In this document: positions 11,573-20,073 of the stretch, in pieces
Numbering within the stretch: the first letter of the stretch is position 1
Layout: the number at the start of each line of letters is the position of its first letter
NCBI GenBank assembly: GCA_005881215.1
Contig: VBDZ01000013.1
Span: 1-52,395, forward strand
Reading direction: 5' to 3'
Source of the DNA: Chloroflexota bacterium
GTDB lineage: Bacteria; Chloroflexota; Dormibacteria; CF-121
Length of the DNA stretch: 52,395 nucleotides
Notes under the pieces: generated by a model
Databases searched by the model: none
The model's input: only the letters and a program-made list of their open reading frames with translations
Told to the model about the DNA's origin: nothing
Made by a program: the position numbers and the translations under genes

Positions 11573-13143
11573 CACCCGCCCAGACGCAGCATCCGCAGGA
11601 GCAGCGCCGGGGCGACGCCGCAGGCGATCGAGAGCGCCGGTCCGATCCAGCGGAGCGCCGTGCGCGGCCGCTCGGGCGCCGGCACCAGCGCATGCCGGTC
11701 GACCAGCGGAGCGAGTTGCAGTCCGGCCCAACTCAGGGCGGCGAGCAGCCCGAGGACCAGCGAGGCCTGCAGGTCGGCGACGACCGCCATTGCGGCGGCG
11801 GCGAAGGTGACCGCAGGCGGCCAGCTCGATCGCGCCAGCTCGACCATCCGTCCCGCCCACCCCGGGCGCCGCGGAGGAGCCTCGTCGATGCGCACCAGCA
11901 CCAGGTCGACCAGCAGCAACACCACCGCCAGGTCGCCAAGGCCGAGCGAATCGCGGGCGGCGATCGCGAGCAACAGCAGTCCCATGATCAACGGATCGCG
12001 GAGCGGATCGCGCCGGCTATCCCGAATGACCATGCTGATCAGGGCTCGGCAGCTGAGCAGGATGGCGCCCACGGCCGCAATCCATTGAAAGCGAACGAGC
12101 TGGCCGGTACTCAGGGAGCCGACGGCGAGCATCACCAGGAAGGTCGTCGCGGGGAGGGCCAGCACCCGAAGGAAACCGGTTCCGGCCGCGAACAGCATCA
12201 ACACCAGGCCGAGGGCGAGGCCGACGGCCTGGACTCGGGGACTCCACGACGACGTGCCGAGGGCGGCGAGCACCGGCATCAACCCCAGCAAGCCGGCCGC
12301 GATCCAGGCGGGCCGTTCCCCGTGCCGCTCGAGGACGGTGGCGACCGCGACCAGCGCCGCCAGCGCCGCCCATCGAAGGCTGGGCGCGGTCGCGATCAGC
12401 GCCAGCACGCCCAGCAACGCCACCCACTCGCTGCCGAGCGGCGTGACGACAACGCCGGCCACCAGCACTACCGCGATGGCCAGCAGAACCGGCCCGGTCA
12501 GATTGAGCGAGAGATCGAACAGCGTCACCCGCGCAAACGACGGGGCGGTGGCCGCGAGCGCGATCGCGACCGCGGCGAGCAGGAGCAGCAGGCCGCTGAT
12601 CGCCGGACGCAGCCGCCCGGGCACCCGCGCACGCTCGCCGGCGATCGGCATCAGGGCCAAGGCCCCGGCGACGCCCGCCGTCAGGGGGCCCGCGTTGACG
12701 GCGCAGAGGATCACGCCGGCCGCGCCGGCGATCATCAGGACCTGGCCCTGCAGCCGCTCCGGTTGGTCGGCGGGGCTGACGAGCCAGGCCACCCCCACGG
12801 CGCTCAAGAGCCAGGGCACCGCCGAGAGCAGCACCGGGTTTTCGCCGATTGGCAAACGCGAGGCGAGAAAGAGGGCCACCAGCATGCTGGCGGCGATGGT
12901 GACCCCACGCCGGGTCAGCCCCTCGAAGCTGGAGGGGACGCGCTGGGCCGGGCGGGAGAGCAACAGGATGGCCGCCAGTGGACCAATCGCCCAGGCGGTC
13001 GCGCTGGGGTCCACCAGCAGGGCGAGCGACCACGCGGCCGCCACCGCCATCGCGAATGTGCCGGCTTGCCGGCGCCGGCCGGCGCTGCCGTAGACGACCA
13101 GCAGGCCAACGGCGAAGAGCACCGCCGGCAGGTAGACGATCAC
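11572..13143 (-). CDS. very hydrophobic polytopic membrane protein, highly diverged antiporter-like (NuoN/MrpD/HyfF-like) C-terminus
   Basis: GTG at 13143 overlaps the upstream TGA (GTGA); 523 aa, almost all TM segments. LARSSWPPAVTF resembles the 'SLAGLPP..GF' motif, and terminal GVAPALL resembles the NuoM/N C-terminal G..P..L. Confidence 0.65.
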   Translation of the reverse strand: MIVYLPAVLFAVGLLVVYGSAGRRRQAGTFAMAVAAAWSLALLVDPSATAWAIGPLAAILLLSRPAQRVPSSFEGLTRRGVTIAASMLVALFLASRLPIGENPVLLSAVPWLLSAVGVAWLVSPADQPERLQGQVLMIAGAAGVILCAVNAGPLTAGVAGALALMPIAGERARVPGRLRPAISGLLLLLAAVAIALAATAPSFARVTLFDLSLNLTGPVLLAIAVVLVAGVVVTPLGSEWVALLGVLALIATAPSLRWAALAALVAVATVLERHGERPAWIAAGLLGLMPVLAALGTSSWSPRVQAVGLALGLVLMLFAAGTGFLRVLALPATTFLVMLAVGSLSTGQLVRFQWIAAVGAILLSCRALISMVIRDSRRDPLRDPLIMGLLLLAIAARDSLGLGDLAVVLLLVDLVLVRIDEAPPRRPGWAGRMVELARSSWPPAVTFAAAAMAVVADLQASLVLGLLAALSWAGLQLAPLVDRHALVPAPERPRTALRWIGPALSIACGVAPALLLRMLRLGG

Positions 13144-14699
13144 GGTCGGACCGCTGCCATGCCGACCACCACCAGGAAGCCTCCCCAGAGCAACAGGCGG
13201 CTCCAACCTGGCAGCGCGCGCAACTGGCCGGGGAGCTTCAACCGCAGCTGAGCCCGCCGGCCGGCACGAGGCCGCGGCCGCAACGGCCACCGGCCTCCGA
13301 ACCGCCAGAGCGCCGCGCCCAGCACAACCGCGAGCCCGATCGACACCGGCAGCGCCGGCCACGCGCCGGCGGCGGTCCGGATCAACAAGAGGCTGGCGGC
13401 GACCGTCCCACCTTGCACCGCGCGCACCGTTCCGGCCGCCGGCAGCACCAGCGGATTCATGGCGATGATCGGGACGGCGGCGATCAGCAACAGCGCCCCG
13501 GCCCACGCGGTTGCCACGTCCATCCGGATGGATCTCGCGACCGTCGTGTCGAACAGGATCGCGACCAGCGCGAAGCCCACCGCCAGCGCCATGGGAACGA
13601 TGCCGATAGCGAGCCCGCGGGCATCGAGCGCGAGGCCGCCGAGCCAGATGCCCACGAAGGCGACGCTCCCCGGGATCATGGCCAGTTGCAGCAGCGACAG
13701 CGCATGGGCAGCGGACTCGCGCGGCACGCGCAGGCTGAGGAGGCCGGTGAGCGGGATCAACGTCAGCCAGAGCCAGGTGCCGGCGACCGTGAACAGCGGG
13801 TCGCCGCCAATCGAGAGCGCCAGCGCGATGCACGCCTGCGACCCCAGCAGCAACGGCGGCAGCCGCGCCCCTGTCCGCCGCCAGAGCGCGACGGCCGCCA
13901 GCGCGACCGCGAGAAGTGCCCCGCCGGCGAACAGGACCACGGCGATCCGTTGATCAGGCAGCTGTCCGCCCAGCAAGGCGAGCAACCGCAACAGGAGGTA
14001 CCCCGCGGGCGCCACCCAGGCGATCGCCGGCTCGAAGCTGACCGAGGCGGCCGGCCCGCCCATGCCCCAGGCCAGCGCGCCGACCCGGATCAGGACCGGC
14101 ACCAGGACGAGAAAGAACGTGGCCACGCCGAAGGTGTCCGACGGTACTCCGGAAAACGCGCTGGTCCCCACCGACTGGATGGCGCTGGCCGCGGCCAGCA
14201 ACAGCCCGATGTCAGCGATCTGCAGACTGATCCGCAGCCCCCGCCGGCGCGGGGCTGCCTCGTCCAACGCCCCGCTCCACGCCAGGGTCAGCACCTGCAG
14301 CGCGACGTAAACCAGCAGCAGGTTGTCGGCCATGATCACGGCCCCGGCAGCGGCGCTGGTCAGCAGCCAGCCGAGCCATGGCTCGCGGCGATCGCCGCGT
14401 ACACGCTGGCGCGCCAGCATCAAGAGCGCCGCGGTCGTCAGCGTGACGGCGGCAAACGCGAGCGACAGTCCATCCATGCGGATGGCCAGGTCGGCATAGG
14501 GAAAGGTGGTCAGGTAGGGAACGTCGACGTGTTCACCGGGCGCGAGGCGGAGCAGCTCGACCAGCGCGATGCCGGCGGCGACGGCGGTGGCGCCGAACGC
14601 GATCCAGCCGTTCGCCGGATTCCGTGGCCGCATTCGCACCATGGCGGCCGCCGCGAGCAGCACAAGGGGGGCGAGCAGCGCCTGGAGCGCGAGCGGCAT
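13140..14699 (-). CDS. degenerate NuoL/MrpA/HyfB-like antiporter-like membrane subunit
   Basis: Colinear remnants RMDGLS, ADNLLLVYVALQVL, IADIGLLLA, GTSAF, AGYLLLR, SQ, LAMIPGSVAF. The catalytic Glu/Lys/His positions are substituted. Confidence 0.78.
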   Translation of the reverse strand: MPLALQALLAPLVLLAAAAMVRMRPRNPANGWIAFGATAVAAGIALVELLRLAPGEHVDVPYLTTFPYADLAIRMDGLSLAFAAVTLTTAALLMLARQRVRGDRREPWLGWLLTSAAAGAVIMADNLLLVYVALQVLTLAWSGALDEAAPRRRGLRISLQIADIGLLLAAASAIQSVGTSAFSGVPSDTFGVATFFLVLVPVLIRVGALAWGMGGPAASVSFEPAIAWVAPAGYLLLRLLALLGGQLPDQRIAVVLFAGGALLAVALAAVALWRRTGARLPPLLLGSQACIALALSIGGDPLFTVAGTWLWLTLIPLTGLLSLRVPRESAAHALSLLQLAMIPGSVAFVGIWLGGLALDARGLAIGIVPMALAVGFALVAILFDTTVARSIRMDVATAWAGALLLIAAVPIIAMNPLVLPAAGTVRAVQGGTVAASLLLIRTAAGAWPALPVSIGLAVVLGAALWRFGGRWPLRPRPRAGRRAQLRLKLPGQLRALPGWSRLLLWGGFLVVVGMAAVRP

Positions 14700-14734
14700 T
14701 TAGTCGCTCGGCGGACAGTTAGCGCAACGCGGTG

Positions 14735-15202
14735 CTAACGCGCGATTCGGGGCGTCGGCACGGTGCCCTGCAGCGGGACTTCCTCGGCGCAGTAGGGGCA
14801 CACGCTCCATCCCAGCTTCAGCTGTTTGTTGCACCGTGGGCAGAGTTTACTGAACTGGGTCTTGCAGTGCGGACAGAGCACGTACTGCGAATCGATCGGC
14901 TCGCCGCAGCTCGGGCAGGGCCGCAACTCGCGCGCCGGCCCGCCTGGTTCGGCCAGGGCCGCGGTCTCAAGTTCCAGCGCGCGCCGCTCCGCCATGGTCA
15001 GCGGCGGCCGGATGATCATGTAGATGAACAGGCCGAAGATCGGTAGCACCAGCGAGAGGCCGGTGGCGAAAACGTGGAACAGGACGCTGTTCGAGCGCTC
15101 GCGAGCGTCACGGAACGCCCAGTAGGAGAGGCTGAGCCAGAAGGCCAGCAGGTAGAAGACGACGATGAACAGCAACGGCCGCAGCGGCTTGAGATCAGGC
15201 AA
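14735..15202 (-). CDS. membrane protein with C-terminal double zinc ribbon
   Basis: Two N-terminal TMs (W..RDA..R, G...Y...RP), four CxxC pairs; GGGGAG SD 5 nt before the TTG. Confidence 0.88.
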   Translation of the reverse strand: MPDLKPLRPLLFIVVFYLLAFWLSLSYWAFRDARERSNSVLFHVFATGLSLVLPIFGLFIYMIIRPPLTMAERRALELETAALAEPGGPARELRPCPSCGEPIDSQYVLCPHCKTQFSKLCPRCNKQLKLGWSVCPYCAEEVPLQGTVPTPRIAR

Positions 15203-15239
15203 TGTGTCTCCCCACCGTGTTCAATTTGTCTCCGCTACC

Positions 15240-17852
15240 TTACCGTACTTCCGCGTCAGGGCCCAAGAGCCCGCGCAGGCGTTCCACCGCGGCCTGCGCC
15301 TGGTGCAGCCGGTCGCCTTCGCGCTCGACGACGGGTCGCGGCGCCTTGCCGGTGAAGTCCGGGTTGCCGAGCTTCTTCTCGATGGACTCGATCTCGGCGA
15401 GTTTCTTTTGCAGCTCGGCCTGCAGTCGCTGGCGTTCAGCCGCATCCCCCTGGGGGAGGCCGAGCCGGACCGTGGTCGGCCCCACCACCACCACCGCCTG
15501 TGGCATTCCCTCGGGAAGCTCGCCATTCAGCTCGAGCTGGGCCAGCGTCGCCAGGTAGCTCCGCCCCACCGGCTCGGTCAGGAGCGGACGTGACGACACC
15601 AGCTGAGCGGGCTGCCGGCGCCCCCGCGGATCAGACGCATGGCGGAGGTTGCGCACCCGCCGCACCACCTCGAGCAAGTGCCCCATCTCCTCGATCAGGT
15701 GCCGGTCCTCCACCGTCTCATCCGGCAGCGGCCACGCCGCGTACATGATGGTTTCGCCTACGTGCGGCAATCGCTGCCAGAGTTCCTCGGTCACGAAGGG
15801 CATGATCGGGTGCAGCAGCCGCAGGGTCGTCTCCAGCACGTCGATGGCGACCGCCTGCGCCGTCCGGGTCGAGGCATCACCGGCCTGCAGGCGCGGCTTG
15901 ATCAGCTCCAGGTAGTCGTCGGCGAACTCGTGCCAGGCGAATTCGTAGAGGGCGTCGATCGCCGGCCCGAACTCGAAGCGCGCAAACGCCTGCGTCACCA
16001 AGCGGGTGACGGCACTCATCCGTCCCAGGATCCAGGCGTCGGCCGGCTCCATCAACGACTCATCGATCGGGAGCGGCCTGCCGCCCTCCGGGAGCTTGGC
16101 GACCAGCAAGCGGGTCGCGTTCCAGAGCTTGTTGGCAAACAGCTGATAGGACTTGATCTTCTCCTCGGAGAACCGAATGTCCTGCCCGCTGGTGCCGAAG
16201 TAGGCACACCAGGCCCGGGTGGCATCCGCGCCGTAGCGCTCGATCACCTCCAGCGGGTCGACCCCCGTGCCCAGCGATTTGCTCATCCGCCGTCCGTCGG
16301 GAGCGAGCACCGTGCCGTGGATCAGGACGTCCGAGAACGGCACGGCGTTCAGGAAGTGCAGGCTCGTGAAAACCATGCGGGCGACCCAGAGATAGAGGAT
16401 GTCGCGAGCCGTGTCGAGCACCTGGGTTGGATAGAAGCGGCGCAGGTCCTGGGTGTCGTTCGGCCATCCCAGGGTGACGAACGGCCAGAGCGACGAGGAG
16501 AACCAGGTATCGAGGACATCCGGGTCCTGGGCCAGATGGCGATCGCCACACTGCTCGCAGGCCTCTGGATCCTTGAGATACGCGATCGCATGGCCGTTGG
16601 CGCAAGTCCACACCGGGATCCGGTGCCCCAGCCACAGCTGCCGGGAGATGTTCCAGTCACGGATGTTGCGCATCCAGCGCAGGTACTGCTCTCGCCAGCG
16701 ATCCGGATGGAAGCGGAGCTCGTTGGTCTCCGCCACTGCGATCGCCGGTCCCGCCAGCGGCTTCATCCTGACCCACCACTGGGCCGAGACCAGCGGCTCG
16801 ATCACCGCACCGCAGCGGTCGCAGTGTCCGACCGAATGGTGATAGGGCTCGATCTTCTGCAAGGCGCCCTCGGCCTGCAGCGACTCGACGATGCGGCTGC
16901 GTGCCTTCGGCACCGACAGCCCGTCGAGCTCCGGCACCTCGGGGATATTCATCCGGCCGTCGAGGTGCAGGATGCTGCGCACCTCGAGGTGGTGGCGCTC
17001 GCCGATTTCGTAGTCGGTGACGTCGTGCCCGGGCGTTACCTTGATGGCGCCGGTCCCGAATTCCTGGTCGACCGCCTCGTCGGCCACGATCGGCACTCGG
17101 CGATGCACGATGGGTAGCGTCACGAACTTGCCAATCAGGTCTTTGTAGCGCCAGTCGTCCGGGTGGACGGCGACCGCGGTGTCCCCCACCATCGTCTCCG
17201 GGCGAGCGGTGGCCACCGTGATCACGCCGCCGCCTTCGACCGGATAGTCGAGGTAATAGAGCTGGTCGTCGGTCTCTTCGTACTGGACCTCGAGGTCGGA
17301 GATCGCACTCTGGTCGCGAGGACACCAGTTGACGATCCGGGGGCCACGATAGATCAGCCCTTCCCGCCAGAGTTGCACGAACACGTAGCGGATCGCCTCG
17401 ATGTAGGTCGGATCCATGGTGAAGCGGATCCGTGACCAGTCGGCGCTGAACCCGAGCCGGCGCATCTGCCGCAGGATGGTGGTGCCGGTGGTGTCGTACC
17501 ACGCCTGCACCAGCCGGTCCCAGGCTTCCCGGCCGATCTTTTCTTTGGTCGTCCCTTTCTTGGCCAGCTGCTTTTCCAGCACGTTCTGAGTCGCGATCGC
17601 CGCGTGGTCGGTGCCCGGCACCCAGAGCGCGGCGTCGCCCAGCATCCGATGCCAGCGGATCAGCACGTCCTGCAGGGTGTACATCGCATGCCCCATGTGC
17701 AGGTCGCCGGTGATGTTCGGTGGCGGCATGGAGATGGTGAAGGTCTTGCCGGTCAGACTTTCGCGCGGCTTGAAGTAGCCGCGCTGATCCCAGGTGTCAT
17801 ACCAGCGCTGCTCGACGGACTTGGGATCGTAGCGGGTCTCCACGTTGGCCAC
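15240..17852 (-). CDS. valS: valine--tRNA ligase
   Basis: PPPNITGDLHMGH, PGTDHA, WNISRQLW.GHRIP, DVLDTWFSS, RMSKS, C-terminal coiled coil. Confidence 0.98.
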   Translation of the reverse strand: MANVETRYDPKSVEQRWYDTWDQRGYFKPRESLTGKTFTISMPPPNITGDLHMGHAMYTLQDVLIRWHRMLGDAALWVPGTDHAAIATQNVLEKQLAKKGTTKEKIGREAWDRLVQAWYDTTGTTILRQMRRLGFSADWSRIRFTMDPTYIEAIRYVFVQLWREGLIYRGPRIVNWCPRDQSAISDLEVQYEETDDQLYYLDYPVEGGGVITVATARPETMVGDTAVAVHPDDWRYKDLIGKFVTLPIVHRRVPIVADEAVDQEFGTGAIKVTPGHDVTDYEIGERHHLEVRSILHLDGRMNIPEVPELDGLSVPKARSRIVESLQAEGALQKIEPYHHSVGHCDRCGAVIEPLVSAQWWVRMKPLAGPAIAVAETNELRFHPDRWREQYLRWMRNIRDWNISRQLWLGHRIPVWTCANGHAIAYLKDPEACEQCGDRHLAQDPDVLDTWFSSSLWPFVTLGWPNDTQDLRRFYPTQVLDTARDILYLWVARMVFTSLHFLNAVPFSDVLIHGTVLAPDGRRMSKSLGTGVDPLEVIERYGADATRAWCAYFGTSGQDIRFSEEKIKSYQLFANKLWNATRLLVAKLPEGGRPLPIDESLMEPADAWILGRMSAVTRLVTQAFARFEFGPAIDALYEFAWHEFADDYLELIKPRLQAGDASTRTAQAVAIDVLETTLRLLHPIMPFVTEELWQRLPHVGETIMYAAWPLPDETVEDRHLIEEMGHLLEVVRRVRNLRHASDPRGRRQPAQLVSSRPLLTEPVGRSYLATLAQLELNGELPEGMPQAVVVVGPTTVRLGLPQGDAAERQRLQAELQKKLAEIESIEKKLGNPDFTGKAPRPVVEREGDRLHQAQAAVERLRGLLGPDAEVR

Positions 17853-17923
17853 CTAGTTTATCGAGGCTTTCGCGCTCGAGGCGAACTCGAAACTCTTCGG
17901 CCGTTTGACCGTTCACCTGGTAG

Positions 17924-20041
17924 ATGCTGCGGAAGCTTCTCCGCGCTCGACGGCGGGTGGTCCCGGCAGCGGTAGTGGGCTGCCTGGTGTTCGCCGCCTG
18001 CGCCACCTCGCCCGCGGCGAAGTCATCGAACAAGATTCCCGTCGGTCAGATGCCCACGCCGCCCGCCGACGCGCGAATCGTGCGCGGCGTCGACGTTACC
18101 CTTCCTCTGGTCTCGAAGCCGAGCTCGACACTGCCTGGCGCGAACCAGCGCGATGTCGTCTTCACCGACGTGCGTACTGGATTCCTCGCGACCGGCGGCG
18201 AAGCCATGGCGACCAACCAGGGCGGCGTCTACAACTCGCTGGCAGGTGGTATTCAGCGGACGACAGATGGTGGGAAGACCTGGAGCACAGTCTGGAGCGT
18301 GCCTGGGGCCGACATGGATACGGTGACCTTCCTGTCTCCCTCGATTGGCTTTGCCGCTGGTCAGCTTTTTTCGACCAGCAGCACGACTGACGCCAGCGGA
18401 CAGCCACTCTGGCTCCGGACCGCCGATGGCGGGGCCAGCTGGACGGCGCAGACTCCGGCACTGCCGGCCGCGGCCAACGGCGTCTGGTCGGTGCTTCGCT
18501 TCGTTGCCGGGACGAGCAGAGTCATCCTGGCCTCGCCCGATCCAAATGCAAACGGCGGGTATGCGTCGATCATGCTCCGCTCGGTCGACGGCGGCGATCA
18601 CTGGTCGCAAATCGGGCCGCCCAACTGGAGAGCGACGGGAGGGCTGGCGTTCGCGACCCCAACGCTCGCCTTCGCGACTGGCTACGTGAGCTCGACCGAT
18701 CCAGCTATCCTGAGCAGCCGGCTCTGGCGGAGTCGCGATGGTGGCCAGACCTGGAGCGCTGTCCCGGGCACACAGCTTCCATTCGGACTCAACGCCATCG
18801 ACTTTCCCGATCCGGTGCATGGCTTCGCCGCCGGCGGCAACCTGGCCAAGTACGAAATGCGACCGTGGCGCGGCCTGCTCGCCACCAGCGATGGCGGGCG
18901 AACCTGGTCGGTGCGCTACCAGTCGCCGGACGCCGATCGCTCCAATCCGATCACCAGGCTTCACTTCATTGACGCCAACCACGGGTGGGGAGTCATCGGC
19001 GGCTGCAGTGAAGGACAGAACGGGCCATGCGGAGGGGCCGTCATCGTGACGACCGACGGCGGTCGCAGCTGGCACACCACCGACCGGCAGGCTGTCGACG
19101 CGAGCCCGATCAGCTCGACCGAGGCCTGGGTGATCAGCGGGTTTCAGCAGGCGTTTGTCTGGCACACGGTCGATGCAGGCGCCAGCTGGGCGCCAGTCGT
19201 CAGGGCGGGCGCGCTCAGCATCGATCGCCTCGCCGGATCCCACGGCTGGCTGATCGCGGCGACCGCGGCCGGCACCTGGCAAAGCCACGACAACGGCGCC
19301 AGCTGGGCGCCACTTGATCCGGCGATGCTTCCACCAGGCATCGGCCGCGACAGCATCAACCTGCTTGCTCAACCGCCCGGGTTGTTGGTCGTTCTAGCGG
19401 ACGCAGCGCTGCGGATCAGCCATGACGGCGGCATCCATGCCTTCGATGTCACGCTGCCGGGCCAGGATCCGAATAGCTATGCCCCGACTGGCGTGGCGTT
19501 TTCTGACAGCACCCACGGCGTCGCGATTGTCGGCGGTCAACTCTGCACCAAGCCGCCGGGATACACGGGATCAGGCTCGGGGAAGCCGCCAGCTGGGGTG
19601 GCGCAGGGAACGACACTGGTGGCCATCACGGGTGACGGTGGGACCACCTGGACCGCGCGCGGTTCGCTGGACATCCAACCCTTTGGAGTCGGGGCGGCAC
19701 CTGGGTTCTGGGCCGTCGCCGGCTCGACAAACTGCGGCCCACCGCATCCCGTCGTGATGATCAGTCACGACGACGGCAAGCACTGGTCGGCGCAGCGCCT
19801 GCTCACGGCGTGCTTTGACATCAGCGTCGCCGCGCCCGCCACGATCTGGCTCAACTGCGGCGACGAGCTGCTCATGACTCGAGATGGCGCGATGACCTGG
19901 ACGCAATACCGATTCCCGCGCGGCGTACCCTCAGTGCTGGCAATCGGAGGCGACGAAGCCTGGGCCTACGGACCGGAGAGTGCCATATGGCACACAATGG
20001 ACGGCGGGCTGACCTGGAAGGTCGCGTCCGTCAGCTTCTGA
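17924..20041 (+). CDS. BNR/Asp-box repeat beta-propeller lipoprotein (Ycf48/VPS10-like)
   Basis: Lipobox FAAC; about 13 S/TxDGGxTW repeats. Confidence 0.87.
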   Translation: MLRKLLRARRRVVPAAVVGCLVFAACATSPAAKSSNKIPVGQMPTPPADARIVRGVDVTLPLVSKPSSTLPGANQRDVVFTDVRTGFLATGGEAMATNQGGVYNSLAGGIQRTTDGGKTWSTVWSVPGADMDTVTFLSPSIGFAAGQLFSTSSTTDASGQPLWLRTADGGASWTAQTPALPAAANGVWSVLRFVAGTSRVILASPDPNANGGYASIMLRSVDGGDHWSQIGPPNWRATGGLAFATPTLAFATGYVSSTDPAILSSRLWRSRDGGQTWSAVPGTQLPFGLNAIDFPDPVHGFAAGGNLAKYEMRPWRGLLATSDGGRTWSVRYQSPDADRSNPITRLHFIDANHGWGVIGGCSEGQNGPCGGAVIVTTDGGRSWHTTDRQAVDASPISSTEAWVISGFQQAFVWHTVDAGASWAPVVRAGALSIDRLAGSHGWLIAATAAGTWQSHDNGASWAPLDPAMLPPGIGRDSINLLAQPPGLLVVLADAALRISHDGGIHAFDVTLPGQDPNSYAPTGVAFSDSTHGVAIVGGQLCTKPPGYTGSGSGKPPAGVAQGTTLVAITGDGGTTWTARGSLDIQPFGVGAAPGFWAVAGSTNCGPPHPVVMISHDDGKHWSAQRLLTACFDISVAAPATIWLNCGDELLMTRDGAMTWTQYRFPRGVPSVLAIGGDEAWAYGPESAIWHTMDGGLTWKVASVSF

Positions 20042-20073
20042 CAACCAACCTCAGGTAATCGTGGAGAATCGAA

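Noticed and set aside
11572-14699. Functional complex I, Mrp, hydrogenase-4 or DAB carbon-pump operon
   Set aside because: No partner subunits in the window and the key charged residues are missing.
17853-17923. T-box leader for valS
   Set aside because: The intergenic gap is only 71 bp and lacks the T-box consensus.
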